64,000 bases of DNA from Candidatus Woesearchaeota archaeon (GCA_016187565.1 JACPJR010000031.1:9796-73795); one strand, 5' to 3'. Positions 1 through 9,833 are shown, numbered from the stretch's first letter. The notes: generated from the letters alone by a model not told the origin. Translations and numbers: made by a program.

Positions 1-239
1 ATAGCAACAATTTCACTAATGTGGTGCACCGGTAAAGTATGCTGTACAGCACTAGTTGAAGAATTTCCTCCAGTAATTGCCACTTTTCTTATCTGTGGAT
101 ACTGTTTACAAAGCGCATCAATCAGCCGCGGAAGGGATTTATTGCTTTCTTTAATCCTGATCTCTTTCATGACGATTTTCTTTTCATGCATAACCACAAA
201 TTTCGTAGAGCTGTAACCAAGATCAATGCCAAGTATCAT
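1..239 (-). CDS. Probable type II pantothenate kinase (ASKHA/Fumble-like), N-terminal part; runs off the left edge
   Basis: Not in the ORF track. Manual translation from ATG at 239 gives MILGIDLGYSSTKFVV...KVAITGGNS...HISEIVA (ASKHA phosphate-1 motif plus TGG). GAGGA SD upstream; overlaps the OPT stop codon. Confidence 0.6.
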   Translation of the reverse strand, partial: MILGIDLGYSSTKFVVMHEKKIVMKEIRIKESNKSLPRLIDALCKQYPQIRKVAITGGNSSTSAVQHTLPVHHISEIVA

Positions 240-1995
240 GCGTATCCTCTTTTTTCATATACCAAATAAATGACATAACCGCTATGATTGCAAGGATACC
301 TATAAGTACGAATGCTCCGGTGGTAAATACAACTCCTGCTACGGTAAGTGTACCAGCAGTAAATCCTGCAATTCCTTCACCACCCATGACACCTGCTGCA
401 ATCAGAAGAACCGTGTGCGAGAGCGAACTATACTTTTTATCAACAATCCATCGGAGTAAAGCTCCTATTCCAAGGGGAATGGCAATGGCAAATCCAAGAA
501 AAAGGCCAATTCCTAAGGGCATCATCAATACTTTGTTTCGTCTATTTTTTGGAAGGAGCATGTTGATGAGTTCCACTAAGAATGCAAGTCCAAAGCCAAT
601 CATAAAAGCGAGAGGATATGCAAAACCAAAGATGCTTCCAGCAACGAGCTGTGCTTGAGGAGCAGGCATGGTTGGTGTAAACAGTTGTGCCTGAAATCCT
701 TGGAAGATGATATGGAGTACGAAGGGTGCAATAAGCCCGGCAACAACAACCGCAATAAGATCAACCCGTACAATATCAGAAATCCGAGTGCCGAGAATCT
801 GTGCTGATTTGTAATCATGGCCAATGTCTCCTGCGACTGCACAAGCGACGCTGACAAAGGCAACAATAAGAAACGAAGCAAAGGGATCAAGGTTGATTGC
901 TAGTAATCCATAGATGAGGGCAATAATTAATCCCACAAAGATACCGAACTGTTCTAAGGGATCAATGTTTGTCTCTCCGGTCATTCGTGCTGCTACAATA
1001 ACCATAATCCATGTACCCAACACCGTGAGTAATGCAGCAATAAGAGGAACACCTCCAACCCTTAACGCAATCACTGAGGCTACTGAGAGCAGCATAAGAG
1101 CGTACCATGATGAGCCCTTAAGGAATGGAGCGAAAAGTTTTTTCATCCTTGGAATGAGGTAGATAATAAAAAACCCTATCCCTGAACCAAGCACGATGCC
1201 CATCCCAAGATTCTGAGCAAGTGCAATTGCATTTCCTGAGGTCATCCCCTTGGCAGCCAGCATAGGAATAAGGATAAGCCAGCCAAGAATTGCTCCGAAA
1301 AACCATGAAACTCCTGGACGAACGCCAAGAATATAACCCGCACTTACTGCAAGAGGCATTGGATAGAAGGTGAGGAATATGCCTAAGGGAATGAGTGCAG
1401 CCCAGGTCCATCCTGCAGGAAAATAGAGATCTCGGAAAAGTGCAAAGATCCCGGTTAATGCACCAACCAACACAACTCCAAAGAAAAGCCTCCCGCCCTT
1501 TGTACCCAGTTTTAAGAGTTCAGCTCCTGCAATTCCTGAGGCATAGGGTAAATTTTCTTTATCAACAAATGCTTTTTTCAAAGGAATTGAAACAAGTACA
1601 CCTAAGACACCTGCAAGAACCGTAAGAAGGGCAAGTATCCACGGATTGGGAAGGGGTATGGCTAGTCCCTTGCTTTGATTAAGAAAAATAATCCCTGGAA
1701 TAGTAAACACAACACCCGCAGCAACAAGTCCACCAATACTTCCCCCTGCCTGCGCCACATTGATCTCATGGGGATTTTCTTTTCCTCTCCAGTTGATGAG
1801 TTTCAAAAGTCCGCCTGCCACAATAACGGAAAAAATAATTGGCCAGGGAAGTGCACCAAGCTTTATGGCAATGTAGGATGAGCTTGCTGTAAGAAAAATC
1901 GTAATCAGGATCGCGATGATCACCGCCCGTAAGGTAAATCCACTATTCCTTTTTGTTTCTTTTGCGTTACTCTCTTTTGTTGGTTGTGTCTTCAT
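223..1995 (-). CDS. OPT/YSL-family oligopeptide transporter
   Basis: Highly polytopic, with FTLRAV, EINVAQ, LPYASG, GETNIDP and PAPQA motifs. ATG at 1995 follows a G-rich SD (the track starts at TTG 2025). Confidence 0.85.
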   Translation of the reverse strand: MKTQPTKESNAKETKRNSGFTLRAVIIAILITIFLTASSSYIAIKLGALPWPIIFSVIVAGGLLKLINWRGKENPHEINVAQAGGSIGGLVAAGVVFTIPGIIFLNQSKGLAIPLPNPWILALLTVLAGVLGVLVSIPLKKAFVDKENLPYASGIAGAELLKLGTKGGRLFFGVVLVGALTGIFALFRDLYFPAGWTWAALIPLGIFLTFYPMPLAVSAGYILGVRPGVSWFFGAILGWLILIPMLAAKGMTSGNAIALAQNLGMGIVLGSGIGFFIIYLIPRMKKLFAPFLKGSSWYALMLLSVASVIALRVGGVPLIAALLTVLGTWIMVIVAARMTGETNIDPLEQFGIFVGLIIALIYGLLAINLDPFASFLIVAFVSVACAVAGDIGHDYKSAQILGTRISDIVRVDLIAVVVAGLIAPFVLHIIFQGFQAQLFTPTMPAPQAQLVAGSIFGFAYPLAFMIGFGLAFLVELINMLLPKNRRNKVLMMPLGIGLFLGFAIAIPLGIGALLRWIVDKKYSSLSHTVLLIAAGVMGGEGIAGFTAGTLTVAGVVFTTGAFVLIGILAIIAVMSFIWYMKKEDTHDTWH

Positions 1996-2109
1996 AAACA
2001 TCCCCCACTCTTCTGTCTTTGGCAATAGTATGGATGATACAATGATCGTTTACTATTTAAAGATTGTTACAAACCGGAAATACGCAATTGTGGTGAGTGA
2101 TGAATAATA

Positions 2110-2117
2110 TTTATATA
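2110..2117 (+). promoter_or_regulatory. Archaeal TATA box (leaderless transcript)
   Basis: TTTATATA ending 22 nt before ATG 2140. Confidence 0.6.
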
Positions 2118-2139
2118 CTGGCAAGCGGTATGGGCAGAT

Positions 2140-2760
2140 ATGACGCTTTTTATAATCGATCTTCCCTGTACCGCACCTTATCGGAAGCAAGAACATCATT
2201 CATCAACTGAACTTTACAATCTTGATTTTATTTGTGAGTCATATGGTTTACAGAGTTGTGGGAAGAAATACATCCGTAAAAAATGGTCACATAACTCCTC
2301 GTGGATGGCGCAACATTTCCAGCGACCTCGATTGTTAATTGACGAACTCGAGAAAGATGGTTTTCGTGGCGCTCATGGTTTTTTCTTTGCAGCAAATGAC
2401 AAGGATAAATTACATTTCCTTATGGAGCATATTCGACATAATATTCCGTTAGTCGTTCGTATTGGTTCTGGCTATGGGATATTTGGAACATTATTCTACT
2501 TTTATCCTCGTGCATTCATTACTGCCCACTTTATTACGCTCCTTGGTTACGATGATCATGCTCATGTTTTTTATGTGTATGATCCTCGCATTTCTTCTGA
2601 GAAAAATGCTCAGCTTCCTATTGGTAACTTTGCCCTCCCAGAAAAGATCTTGTTGCAGGAATGGAATGTCGGTCTCTTTTGGCATCCGAACTTTTATTTT
2701 GCTATAGAGCAAAAAGTGGGGAAAACAAATGTTGATACTATCCAAAATACTATTCTCTGA
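2140..2760 (+). CDS. Peptidase C39-like protein, catalytic Cys apparently absent
   Basis: AHFITLLGYDD...FYVYDP is the C39-type His/Asp motif; the N-terminal motif reads Q-EHHSSTE rather than Q-x(n)-CG. Confidence 0.6.
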   Translation: MTLFIIDLPCTAPYRKQEHHSSTELYNLDFICESYGLQSCGKKYIRKKWSHNSSWMAQHFQRPRLLIDELEKDGFRGAHGFFFAANDKDKLHFLMEHIRHNIPLVVRIGSGYGIFGTLFYFYPRAFITAHFITLLGYDDHAHVFYVYDPRISSEKNAQLPIGNFALPEKILLQEWNVGLFWHPNFYFAIEQKVGKTNVDTIQNTIL

Positions 2761-2773
2761 ATTAGTCTGACTC

Positions 2774-3880
2774 ATGGTGAATCCTATGTTCAGTCGTTTT
2801 CCTTTACAACACAGCAACTCTTTGAACCACGCTGCTGGAAATAATCCTCTTCATGTCGCTATTGTTACTCCAAGCTATCCACCAACCATTAGCGGAAATG
2901 CAACTACAGTTTCAAGAATTGTGGAAGGCTTACAAAAGAAACATGTTTCTTGTCATGTTTTCCTGCCCTCTACATTCGCACAGATTTCGAGTAATAAACT
3001 TCGTACTTTACAGGTCTCATTAATCCATGCATTTCATGGCTATAAGTCTGGGATTATTGCTCAGGAGATTGCGACGCAGCTTAACATTCCACTAGTGCTT
3101 ACCTTAACAGGAACTGATATCAATGTTGATCTGCATCAACCATCAAAGCAAAAAAAACTTTGCCGAGTGTTCAATAAAACACAGGTTATTACCGTATTTC
3201 ATAAACGCATGCAAAAAACGCTTCTGGCGTATTATCCTCAACTTCACCATAAAATAGTTATTATTCACCAGAGTGTTAAACTTATCAAACAGCCTTATGC
3301 CTTACGAGAAAAGCTGACCATACCAAAAAAATCCTTTCTTTTTTATCTCTCTGCAGGATTGCGAAGATTAAAATACCATGCATTTTATCTTCCAGCATTT
3401 ATTCGCCTTCATAAATTAAACAAGCAACGTGATATCCATCTTGTCGTTGTTGGTTCGGTACTAGAACCTGATTTTGCTCAATCGTTTCTTGAGACGATTA
3501 AACCTTATTCATGGATCCATTACATTCCCTCAATTCCCCATGAAAATATTGCTGCTGCATTGCAAGAAGTTGACATCGTACTCAATACCTCTGAAAGCGA
3601 AGGCCAGTCTAACAATATACTTGAAGCAATGAGTCTTGGAAAGCCGGTTTTAGCAGCCGCCATCTCTGGAAATAAAGCTCTGATCTGTGATCAAAAAAAT
3701 GGATTACTCTTTTCCTCTCCGACGAACTTTTTTAAAAAAGCTTCATTGTTGATTGACAATGCGACCTTGAGAAGAGAACTTGGACAGGAAGCAAAGACAA
3801 TACTTGGTAAGCACGCATACACTCGTGAAATAAGCGCATATTTCCAAGCGTATCAACGTGCTTTATATCCAGTAAGGTAA
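2774..3880 (+). CDS. GT4 (GT-B) glycosyltransferase, SenB/GPMC-like subgroup
   Basis: GNATTVSRI, IHAFH, LTLTGTD and SESEGQSNNILEAM (E-x7-E) motifs. Confidence 0.8.
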   Translation: MVNPMFSRFPLQHSNSLNHAAGNNPLHVAIVTPSYPPTISGNATTVSRIVEGLQKKHVSCHVFLPSTFAQISSNKLRTLQVSLIHAFHGYKSGIIAQEIATQLNIPLVLTLTGTDINVDLHQPSKQKKLCRVFNKTQVITVFHKRMQKTLLAYYPQLHHKIVIIHQSVKLIKQPYALREKLTIPKKSFLFYLSAGLRRLKYHAFYLPAFIRLHKLNKQRDIHLVVVGSVLEPDFAQSFLETIKPYSWIHYIPSIPHENIAAALQEVDIVLNTSESEGQSNNILEAMSLGKPVLAAAISGNKALICDQKNGLLFSSPTNFFKKASLLIDNATLRRELGQEAKTILGKHAYTREISAYFQAYQRALYPVR

Positions 3881-3943
3881 TTGAATCTATTTTTACGTCA
3901 TAAGATCCAAAAATATTTATACTCTTTCTGTTCTGTCTTTCCT

Positions 3944-4552
3944 ATGGCTATTCCTTTTGAAATCCGACGGCGTTGTTTCCATATTGGTTATGGTCTTTTG
4001 ATTGTTTTATTGTTAGTAACGCATATTCTCACTCCTTGGAGATTAGTCCTGCTGTTTGCTGTTGGTATTCTTCTTTCCATACTTTCCCATTCCATAAAAC
4101 TACCTCTAGTCTATTGGTTTCTCAAGCATTTTGAACGTCCGGAAGTTTTGGAGAAATTTCCTGGTAAAGGTGCAATGTTATTTACGCTTGGCTGTATCAT
4201 ACCCTTATTCTTATTTTCGAGAGATATTGCCTTGGCTGCTATTATGGTTCTCACCTTAGGTGATGGAGTCTCTCATCTTGTGGGTAAAACCTGGGGAAAA
4301 CGGAATATTCCTTTTAACCAAGCGAAACGTGTTGAGGGAAGTATTGCAGGGATGGGAGCAGCATTCCTTGGTGCATTGTTCTTTGTCAGTCCACTTGAGG
4401 CATTTTTAGCGTCATTTGTTGCAATGGCTGTAGAGGCTGTTGAAATAACATTCTTTAGGTACGATGTGGATGATAATATTACTGTTCCCCTTGTTGCCTC
4501 TGCAGTGATCTTCTTATTGCGAAACATTCTTAAAAAAGCCTTATTTTCTTGA
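3944..4552 (+). CDS. CTP-dependent polyprenol/diacylglycerol kinase (dolichol/phytol kinase family)
   Basis: EIRRRCFHI, LGDGVSHLVGK, KRVEGS and DDNITVP motifs. ATG 3944 lies about 25 nt after a TATA-like tttatac (the track starts at TTG 3881). Confidence 0.85.
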   Translation: MAIPFEIRRRCFHIGYGLLIVLLLVTHILTPWRLVLLFAVGILLSILSHSIKLPLVYWFLKHFERPEVLEKFPGKGAMLFTLGCIIPLFLFSRDIALAAIMVLTLGDGVSHLVGKTWGKRNIPFNQAKRVEGSIAGMGAAFLGALFFVSPLEAFLASFVAMAVEAVEITFFRYDVDDNITVPLVASAVIFLLRNILKKALFS

Positions 4553-4556
4553 GTTC

Positions 4557-5546
4557 ATGAAAGAACAGTTTCCTTTTGAAAGCACACCACGTATAGTATT
4601 TGTTAAAAAGAAAGCAAAGACTGATAAAAAGTTTGGTTGTCGACCAGAGGAACGATCAACACAGGAGTTACTCCAGTATGGCATTGTGAGGGTTAACAAA
4701 CCTCGGGGACCGACCTCACACCAAGTCTCTGCCTATGTCCAACAGATTCTAGGGATTACCAAAAGTGGTCATTCAGGAACATTAGATCCAAATGTTACTG
4801 GATTATTGCCTGTTGCATTAGGAAGAGCAACAAGAATTACCGAAGCATTACTAGGCGCTGGAAAAGAATATATTGCGCTTATGCGTCTTCATGGAGATGT
4901 TCCTGATGCTTACCTTACAGCCGCTTTAGAGAAGTTTACGGGAAAGATCAAACAGCTTCCTCCAGTGAAGAGTGCAGTAAAACGACAATGGCGTTATCGA
5001 CAGGTGTATTATCTTACGCTTCTTGAGCGCGATGATAAGGATGTGTTGTTTAAGATCGGTTGTGAGGCAGGGACTTACATTCGTAAGATTTGTCACGATA
5101 TTGGTAAACAGCTTGGTTGTGGCGCTCATATGCAGGAACTCGTTCGAACGCGGGTTGGGCCATTCGATCAGCAGAACATGGTTACTCTCCAAGATCTTAC
5201 TGACGCATACTACTACTACAAGGAACTGGGAAATGAAAAGTATATCCGTTCTATTGTTGAGCCTCCGGAAAATGCAGTCCAGCATTTACCAAAAATATGG
5301 GTACTAGATAGCACGGTTGAGAGCTTATGTCATGGAGCAATCCTCCATATCCCAGGGATTAGTGCTTTCGAAGAACCTATCGAGAAAGATCAACTGGTTG
5401 CTCTCGTAACTTTGAAGGATGAATTGGTCTGCCTTGGCAAAGCACACGGTAGTTCAACTCTCATGAAAGGAGAAAAAGGAGTTGCCGTCAAAACCACTAA
5501 GGTATTCATGCTTCCGGGTACGTATCCAAAGGTTGAGAAAGTATAA
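4557..5546 (+). CDS. cbf5: H/ACA RNA-guided/tRNA pseudouridine synthase Cbf5
   Basis: KPRGPTSHQV, GHSGTLDP, QLPPVKSAVKR and GTYIRK motifs; C-terminal PUA domain. Confidence 0.97.
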   Translation: MKEQFPFESTPRIVFVKKKAKTDKKFGCRPEERSTQELLQYGIVRVNKPRGPTSHQVSAYVQQILGITKSGHSGTLDPNVTGLLPVALGRATRITEALLGAGKEYIALMRLHGDVPDAYLTAALEKFTGKIKQLPPVKSAVKRQWRYRQVYYLTLLERDDKDVLFKIGCEAGTYIRKICHDIGKQLGCGAHMQELVRTRVGPFDQQNMVTLQDLTDAYYYYKELGNEKYIRSIVEPPENAVQHLPKIWVLDSTVESLCHGAILHIPGISAFEEPIEKDQLVALVTLKDELVCLGKAHGSSTLMKGEKGVAVKTTKVFMLPGTYPKVEKV

Positions 5547-5579
5547 GAAGTGTATTTTATTGCTTTGTTGACTGTGCCC

Positions 5580-6188
5580 TTATAGCAATTTATGCCGGGG
5601 TACATAAATTCTTCCCTCAAGGTTTCCCCCATCCATGGCAACCTCTGCATTGGTTCTATCATTTTGCCGCAAGCCTTCGGTTACTCTTTCTCTTGGAGGC
5701 GTAGGCTGATTGAGGAAAAATCCCACTTCCCGTACAGGACTAGATTTGCTTGTATTTGTCTTAGCTGGCATATGGCCTGCTACCAAACGGCATATAGCCT
5801 CTTCCGCTCTGTATGGTTCATGGAGAGCAATGAATTGAACTGCCGCTGATGTTCCATAAGGATCTCGTGCGGAATAAGTAATAGTATCGATGTAAAGGGT
5901 AGCTCCATTAAGATACGTTCGTGCTCGTTCAGGAAGTGCGTCTAATACCAAATGGTGCTCAACAGGTTGGCCGAACATATGTTCCACAGAGCCATTTATT
6001 CTTCGTAGATTGACAGTAGCGTAGAGAGAAAGATTTCCGTCCCAATAAAGCGTATACCCACGATTTCCTTGTGCTGCATGTTCAACAAGCCTGAGTAAAG
6101 TATGTACTCGAGGATCATGATTCATAAAACGTGCTAATCCTGAATTGGCTGGTGGTTCTGCAAGTGATGGTAGTGCATACATTGGCAT
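5580..6188 (-). CDS. Hypothetical protein
   Basis: 202 aa ORF filling the cbf5-alaS gap, with minus-strand AAAAGG-TATATAAA about 22 nt upstream; no recognisable motif. Confidence 0.55.
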   Translation of the reverse strand: MPMYALPSLAEPPANSGLARFMNHDPRVHTLLRLVEHAAQGNRGYTLYWDGNLSLYATVNLRRINGSVEHMFGQPVEHHLVLDALPERARTYLNGATLYIDTITYSARDPYGTSAAVQFIALHEPYRAEEAICRLVAGHMPAKTNTSKSSPVREVGFFLNQPTPPRERVTEGLRQNDRTNAEVAMDGGNLEGRIYVPRHKLL

Positions 6189-6333
6189 GCGGATCCTTTT
6201 TTAGTGGTTATTTATATACCTTTTGTCATATAACCACAAAACTTTTAATACGAACCGATATCCAAGACCTAAGAGAATGAAAGAGAGTCACAAAAAGTGT
6301 CGTAAATACCCAGCAAATACTTAATTTATCACC

Positions 6334-8871
6334 ATGCAATCCGATAAAGAAATAAAAAAGGCATTCAAGGTAAAGGCCAGCAAAGATCCTGATGCTTATT
6401 ATGTTACTCAGGTGCTACGGGCAGAAGGATTTGTCAGAAAACACTGCACCTGTGGCACGTTTTACTGGACAGCTTGTAACAGCCCTGTCTGCGGTGATCC
6501 CTCGTGTTCAGGTGGTTTTCGATTCTTTACCGGAACACCTGCAAAATATCATTTGGACTATATCCAAGTCTGGCAGAAATTTGCTGCCATGTTTCAGGAA
6601 GCAGGGTATACACCTATTCCTCGTTATCCTGTAGCGGCGAGATGGCGTGATGATACTGATTTTGTTCAGGCTTCTATCTATGATTTTCAGCCGTATGTCG
6701 TGAGTGGTGAGGTAAAGCCGCCTGCAAATCCGCTTGTCGTGCCCCAGTTTTGTCTTCGCTTTAATGACATTGACAATGTGGGGATTACTGGAGCCCATTA
6801 TACTGGCTTTGTCATGATTGGCCAACATGCCTTTAATGCTCCACAAGAATGGAATCAAGCAAAGTATTTCCGTGATATCTATCATTGGCTTACCCAAGGA
6901 TTGGGCTTACCCAAGGAAGAGATTACCTTTCATGAGGATGCATGGGCTGGTGGAGGTAATTTCGGTCCGTGTATGGAATATTTCAGTCGTGGACTTGAAC
7001 TTGGGAATCAGGTATACATGATGTATGCAAATACACCCGAAGGTATAAAAGAACTCAATCTAAAAGTCTTAGACATGGGTATGGGTCATGAACGGAATGC
7101 ATGGTTTACCCAGGGAACCAGTACCAGTTATGAAACAACCTTTCCGACAGTAATGCAGTATCTCAGAAAACAAACAGGCATAAAGACGAATGAAAAACTC
7201 ATGCGTAAGTTCTTGCCGTATTCTTCCTACCTCAATGTTGATGAGGTTGAAAATATCGACAAGGTTTGGATGGATATTGCCAAAAAGATTGATGTTCCTG
7301 TTGCTTCACTGAAGACCATGGTTTTGAAAAGTGCTGCGCTGTACTCCATTGCAGAACATGCTCGGGCACTCTTGGTAGCGCTTTCTGATGGCGTTCTCCC
7401 CAGTAATGTGGGAGGTGGTTATAATTTACGTGTTATTTTGAGAAGGGCACTTTTTTTTATTGATAAATACAACTGGGAGATATCCCTTCCCGAGGTATGT
7501 CGTTGGCACGCAACCTATCTCCAACCTCTTTTTCCAGAGCTCATGGATTCTTTAGATTCTGTTGCTACGATCTTAACTATTGAACAGGAAAAGTATGAAC
7601 AGACAAAGCAAAAAACAAAGCTCTTAGTTCAAAATCTTTTCCAATCACCAGAGGTTGTTTCTGAAGAAACCTTGTTACAGCTCTATGATTCACATGGCAT
7701 TGACCCTGCATTGGTGAAGGAGGAGGCAGAAAAACAAGGAAAAAAGGTTAGTGTTCCTGATAATTTCTTTGCTCGTGTTGCTGAGCTCCACGAAACTAAA
7801 GAACAGGAATGGACAACAAAACGAACAGAAATACATCTCGATCTTCACGATGTCCCTGACACCGAGGCATTGTATTACCAGAATTATCTGCAGTTGGAGA
7901 GTAAAAGCAAGGCGCTCAACATTATTGATAAGTATGTTGTGCTTGACAAAACCGTTGCCTATCCGACGAGTGGTGGACAGTTGCATGACACTGGAACAAT
8001 AAACAACATTCCTCTGGTTGATGTCTTTAAGCAAGGTGCCCATATTGTTCATGTTTTAGCTCAACAGCCGAATTTTACCGTGGGTGATACGGTTACGGTA
8101 ATGATTGATCCTGTGAGGAGACGACAGCTAGCCCAACATCATACTGCTACGCATATTATTAATGCCGTTGCACGAAAAGTTTTAGGAAAACATATCAACC
8201 AGGCAGGTGCACGAAAAACAGAAGAAAAAGCAACCTTAGACCTTACGCATTATCAGAAAATAGATGATCATCAGCTGGCTCTCTTGGAGCAAGAAGCAAA
8301 TGGACTTGTTGCTAAAGCACTTCCCCTTTGCCTGAGTTTTATTCCTCGAAATGATGCAGAACAACGCTATGGTATGCGTATTTATCAAGGGGGGGTTGTT
8401 CCAGGAAAAAAACTTCGTATTGTGGAAATCCCCGGTATTGATGTTCAGGCCTGTGGAGGAACTCATGTGAACAATACCCGAGAAGTTGGTGACATTCACC
8501 TCTTGAAATCAACAAAAATCCAAGATGGTATTGTTCGCCTTACCTTTACTGCAGGAAAACGAGCAGAACAAACAGCAGGAGATGTCCATACTACTGCCAC
8601 AGCATTAGCAAAGCGTTTAGGTGTACCAGAATCGTCCATCCCTTCTCGGGTTGCTGAACTCTTTGCAGTCTGGAAAAAGGCAAAAAAAGCTGTTGAAAAA
8701 GGAAAGCCTTTGCTCCCTGAAGAGTTAACCTTAACATCAAAAGAAACCTCTCATGGTGATGTCTTGAAAGAAGCTGCTACCATCCTGAAAACACAGCCTG
8801 AGCATGTGATGAAAACCGTTGAACGATTCCTCAAAGAGATTGAAGAGTTTAAACAGAAGTCGGTAAAGTAA
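6334..8871 (+). CDS. alaS: Alanyl-tRNA synthetase, archaeal type
   Basis: RYPVAARWRDD, ASIYDFQP, WAGGGNFGP and GLELGN motifs; editing HHTATH and QACGGTH motifs. Confidence 0.97.
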   Translation: MQSDKEIKKAFKVKASKDPDAYYVTQVLRAEGFVRKHCTCGTFYWTACNSPVCGDPSCSGGFRFFTGTPAKYHLDYIQVWQKFAAMFQEAGYTPIPRYPVAARWRDDTDFVQASIYDFQPYVVSGEVKPPANPLVVPQFCLRFNDIDNVGITGAHYTGFVMIGQHAFNAPQEWNQAKYFRDIYHWLTQGLGLPKEEITFHEDAWAGGGNFGPCMEYFSRGLELGNQVYMMYANTPEGIKELNLKVLDMGMGHERNAWFTQGTSTSYETTFPTVMQYLRKQTGIKTNEKLMRKFLPYSSYLNVDEVENIDKVWMDIAKKIDVPVASLKTMVLKSAALYSIAEHARALLVALSDGVLPSNVGGGYNLRVILRRALFFIDKYNWEISLPEVCRWHATYLQPLFPELMDSLDSVATILTIEQEKYEQTKQKTKLLVQNLFQSPEVVSEETLLQLYDSHGIDPALVKEEAEKQGKKVSVPDNFFARVAELHETKEQEWTTKRTEIHLDLHDVPDTEALYYQNYLQLESKSKALNIIDKYVVLDKTVAYPTSGGQLHDTGTINNIPLVDVFKQGAHIVHVLAQQPNFTVGDTVTVMIDPVRRRQLAQHHTATHIINAVARKVLGKHINQAGARKTEEKATLDLTHYQKIDDHQLALLEQEANGLVAKALPLCLSFIPRNDAEQRYGMRIYQGGVVPGKKLRIVEIPGIDVQACGGTHVNNTREVGDIHLLKSTKIQDGIVRLTFTAGKRAEQTAGDVHTTATALAKRLGVPESSIPSRVAELFAVWKKAKKAVEKGKPLLPEELTLTSKETSHGDVLKEAATILKTQPEHVMKTVERFLKEIEEFKQKSVK

Positions 8872-8872
8872 T

Positions 8873-9778
8873 ATGCAACGTACCTATGTCAGCTTTGATG
8901 GGACAAAGATACATTACGATATCCATGAGGTGAAGACACAACAGCCCTCTACGTTGCATGCTCGACGAACAGCACAACAGAACCAGTCTTTTCTCGTCTT
9001 TATCCATGGTGCAGGTGGTGATTTAAATGCATGGAACAGAGAACGCCATGCTTTCCATAACCGAGGTATTGCAACCCTTGCCATTGACTTGCGTGGCCAT
9101 GGACTTTCTGATAGACCACACACCTTTGATGCTTATCAGCTTACCTCTTTTGCACAAGACATTGCCGGTGTGCTTCACCAAGAACGTTTAAAGAACGTTG
9201 TCCTTGTAGGCCATTGTTTTGGAGGCATGGTTGCTATTACCTTCTACAGCCTCTATCCTCGTTTGGCAAAGGCATATGTGCTTATTGACACGACCTACAA
9301 AGCCCCACAATACCTGAAAAAGATATTTACCAGTTATCCTTTTCTAAGAAATCTCCGCCATGCAATTTTGCAGCATAAGTTCCTGAGAAAGACGCAGCTT
9401 TCCCATGTTGATTTCTCGAAATTTAAGGGCACGGGAGATTTTAATCTGTTGAGGATTTATTCTGATATTACCCACACCTCACTACGGTCATGGTTGTTTA
9501 CTTATGAAGCCATTGCCCATTTTGATGGGACCGCTATCTTACGTCGTATGAAACGGCCTGTCCTTATCATCGTAGGAGAAAAAGACCTTATCTTTCCGGT
9601 GTTAGTTGCCCGAAAAATACGAATGCTCGTTAAGCAATCAACCTTGAATGTTATCCCAAATGCAAATCATATTATCGTGCTCAACAACCCAGAAATTGTC
9701 GAAAAAGAGATCGTGACGTTTATAAAGAGTCTGCCTCCCACCAAACAAAAACCTTCTCCGTATAACAAGCGTGGTTAG
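8873..9778 (+). CDS. Alpha/beta-fold hydrolase with a Cys at the nucleophile elbow
   Basis: HGAGG, DLRGHGLS, GHCFGG, GEKD and NANH motifs. Confidence 0.85.
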   Translation: MQRTYVSFDGTKIHYDIHEVKTQQPSTLHARRTAQQNQSFLVFIHGAGGDLNAWNRERHAFHNRGIATLAIDLRGHGLSDRPHTFDAYQLTSFAQDIAGVLHQERLKNVVLVGHCFGGMVAITFYSLYPRLAKAYVLIDTTYKAPQYLKKIFTSYPFLRNLRHAILQHKFLRKTQLSHVDFSKFKGTGDFNLLRIYSDITHTSLRSWLFTYEAIAHFDGTAILRRMKRPVLIIVGEKDLIFPVLVARKIRMLVKQSTLNVIPNANHIIVLNNPEIVEKEIVTFIKSLPPTKQKPSPYNKRG

Positions 9779-9817
9779 TACGTTGGGTTAGTTTTCATCG
9801 GACAGTAGATTATTTAT

Positions 9818-9833
9818 CGAAACATTTATATAT
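9818..9833 (+). promoter_or_regulatory. BRE + TATA promoter of sepF
   Basis: CGAAACATTTATATAT; the identical 16-mer occurs at 16825-16840. Confidence 0.7.
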
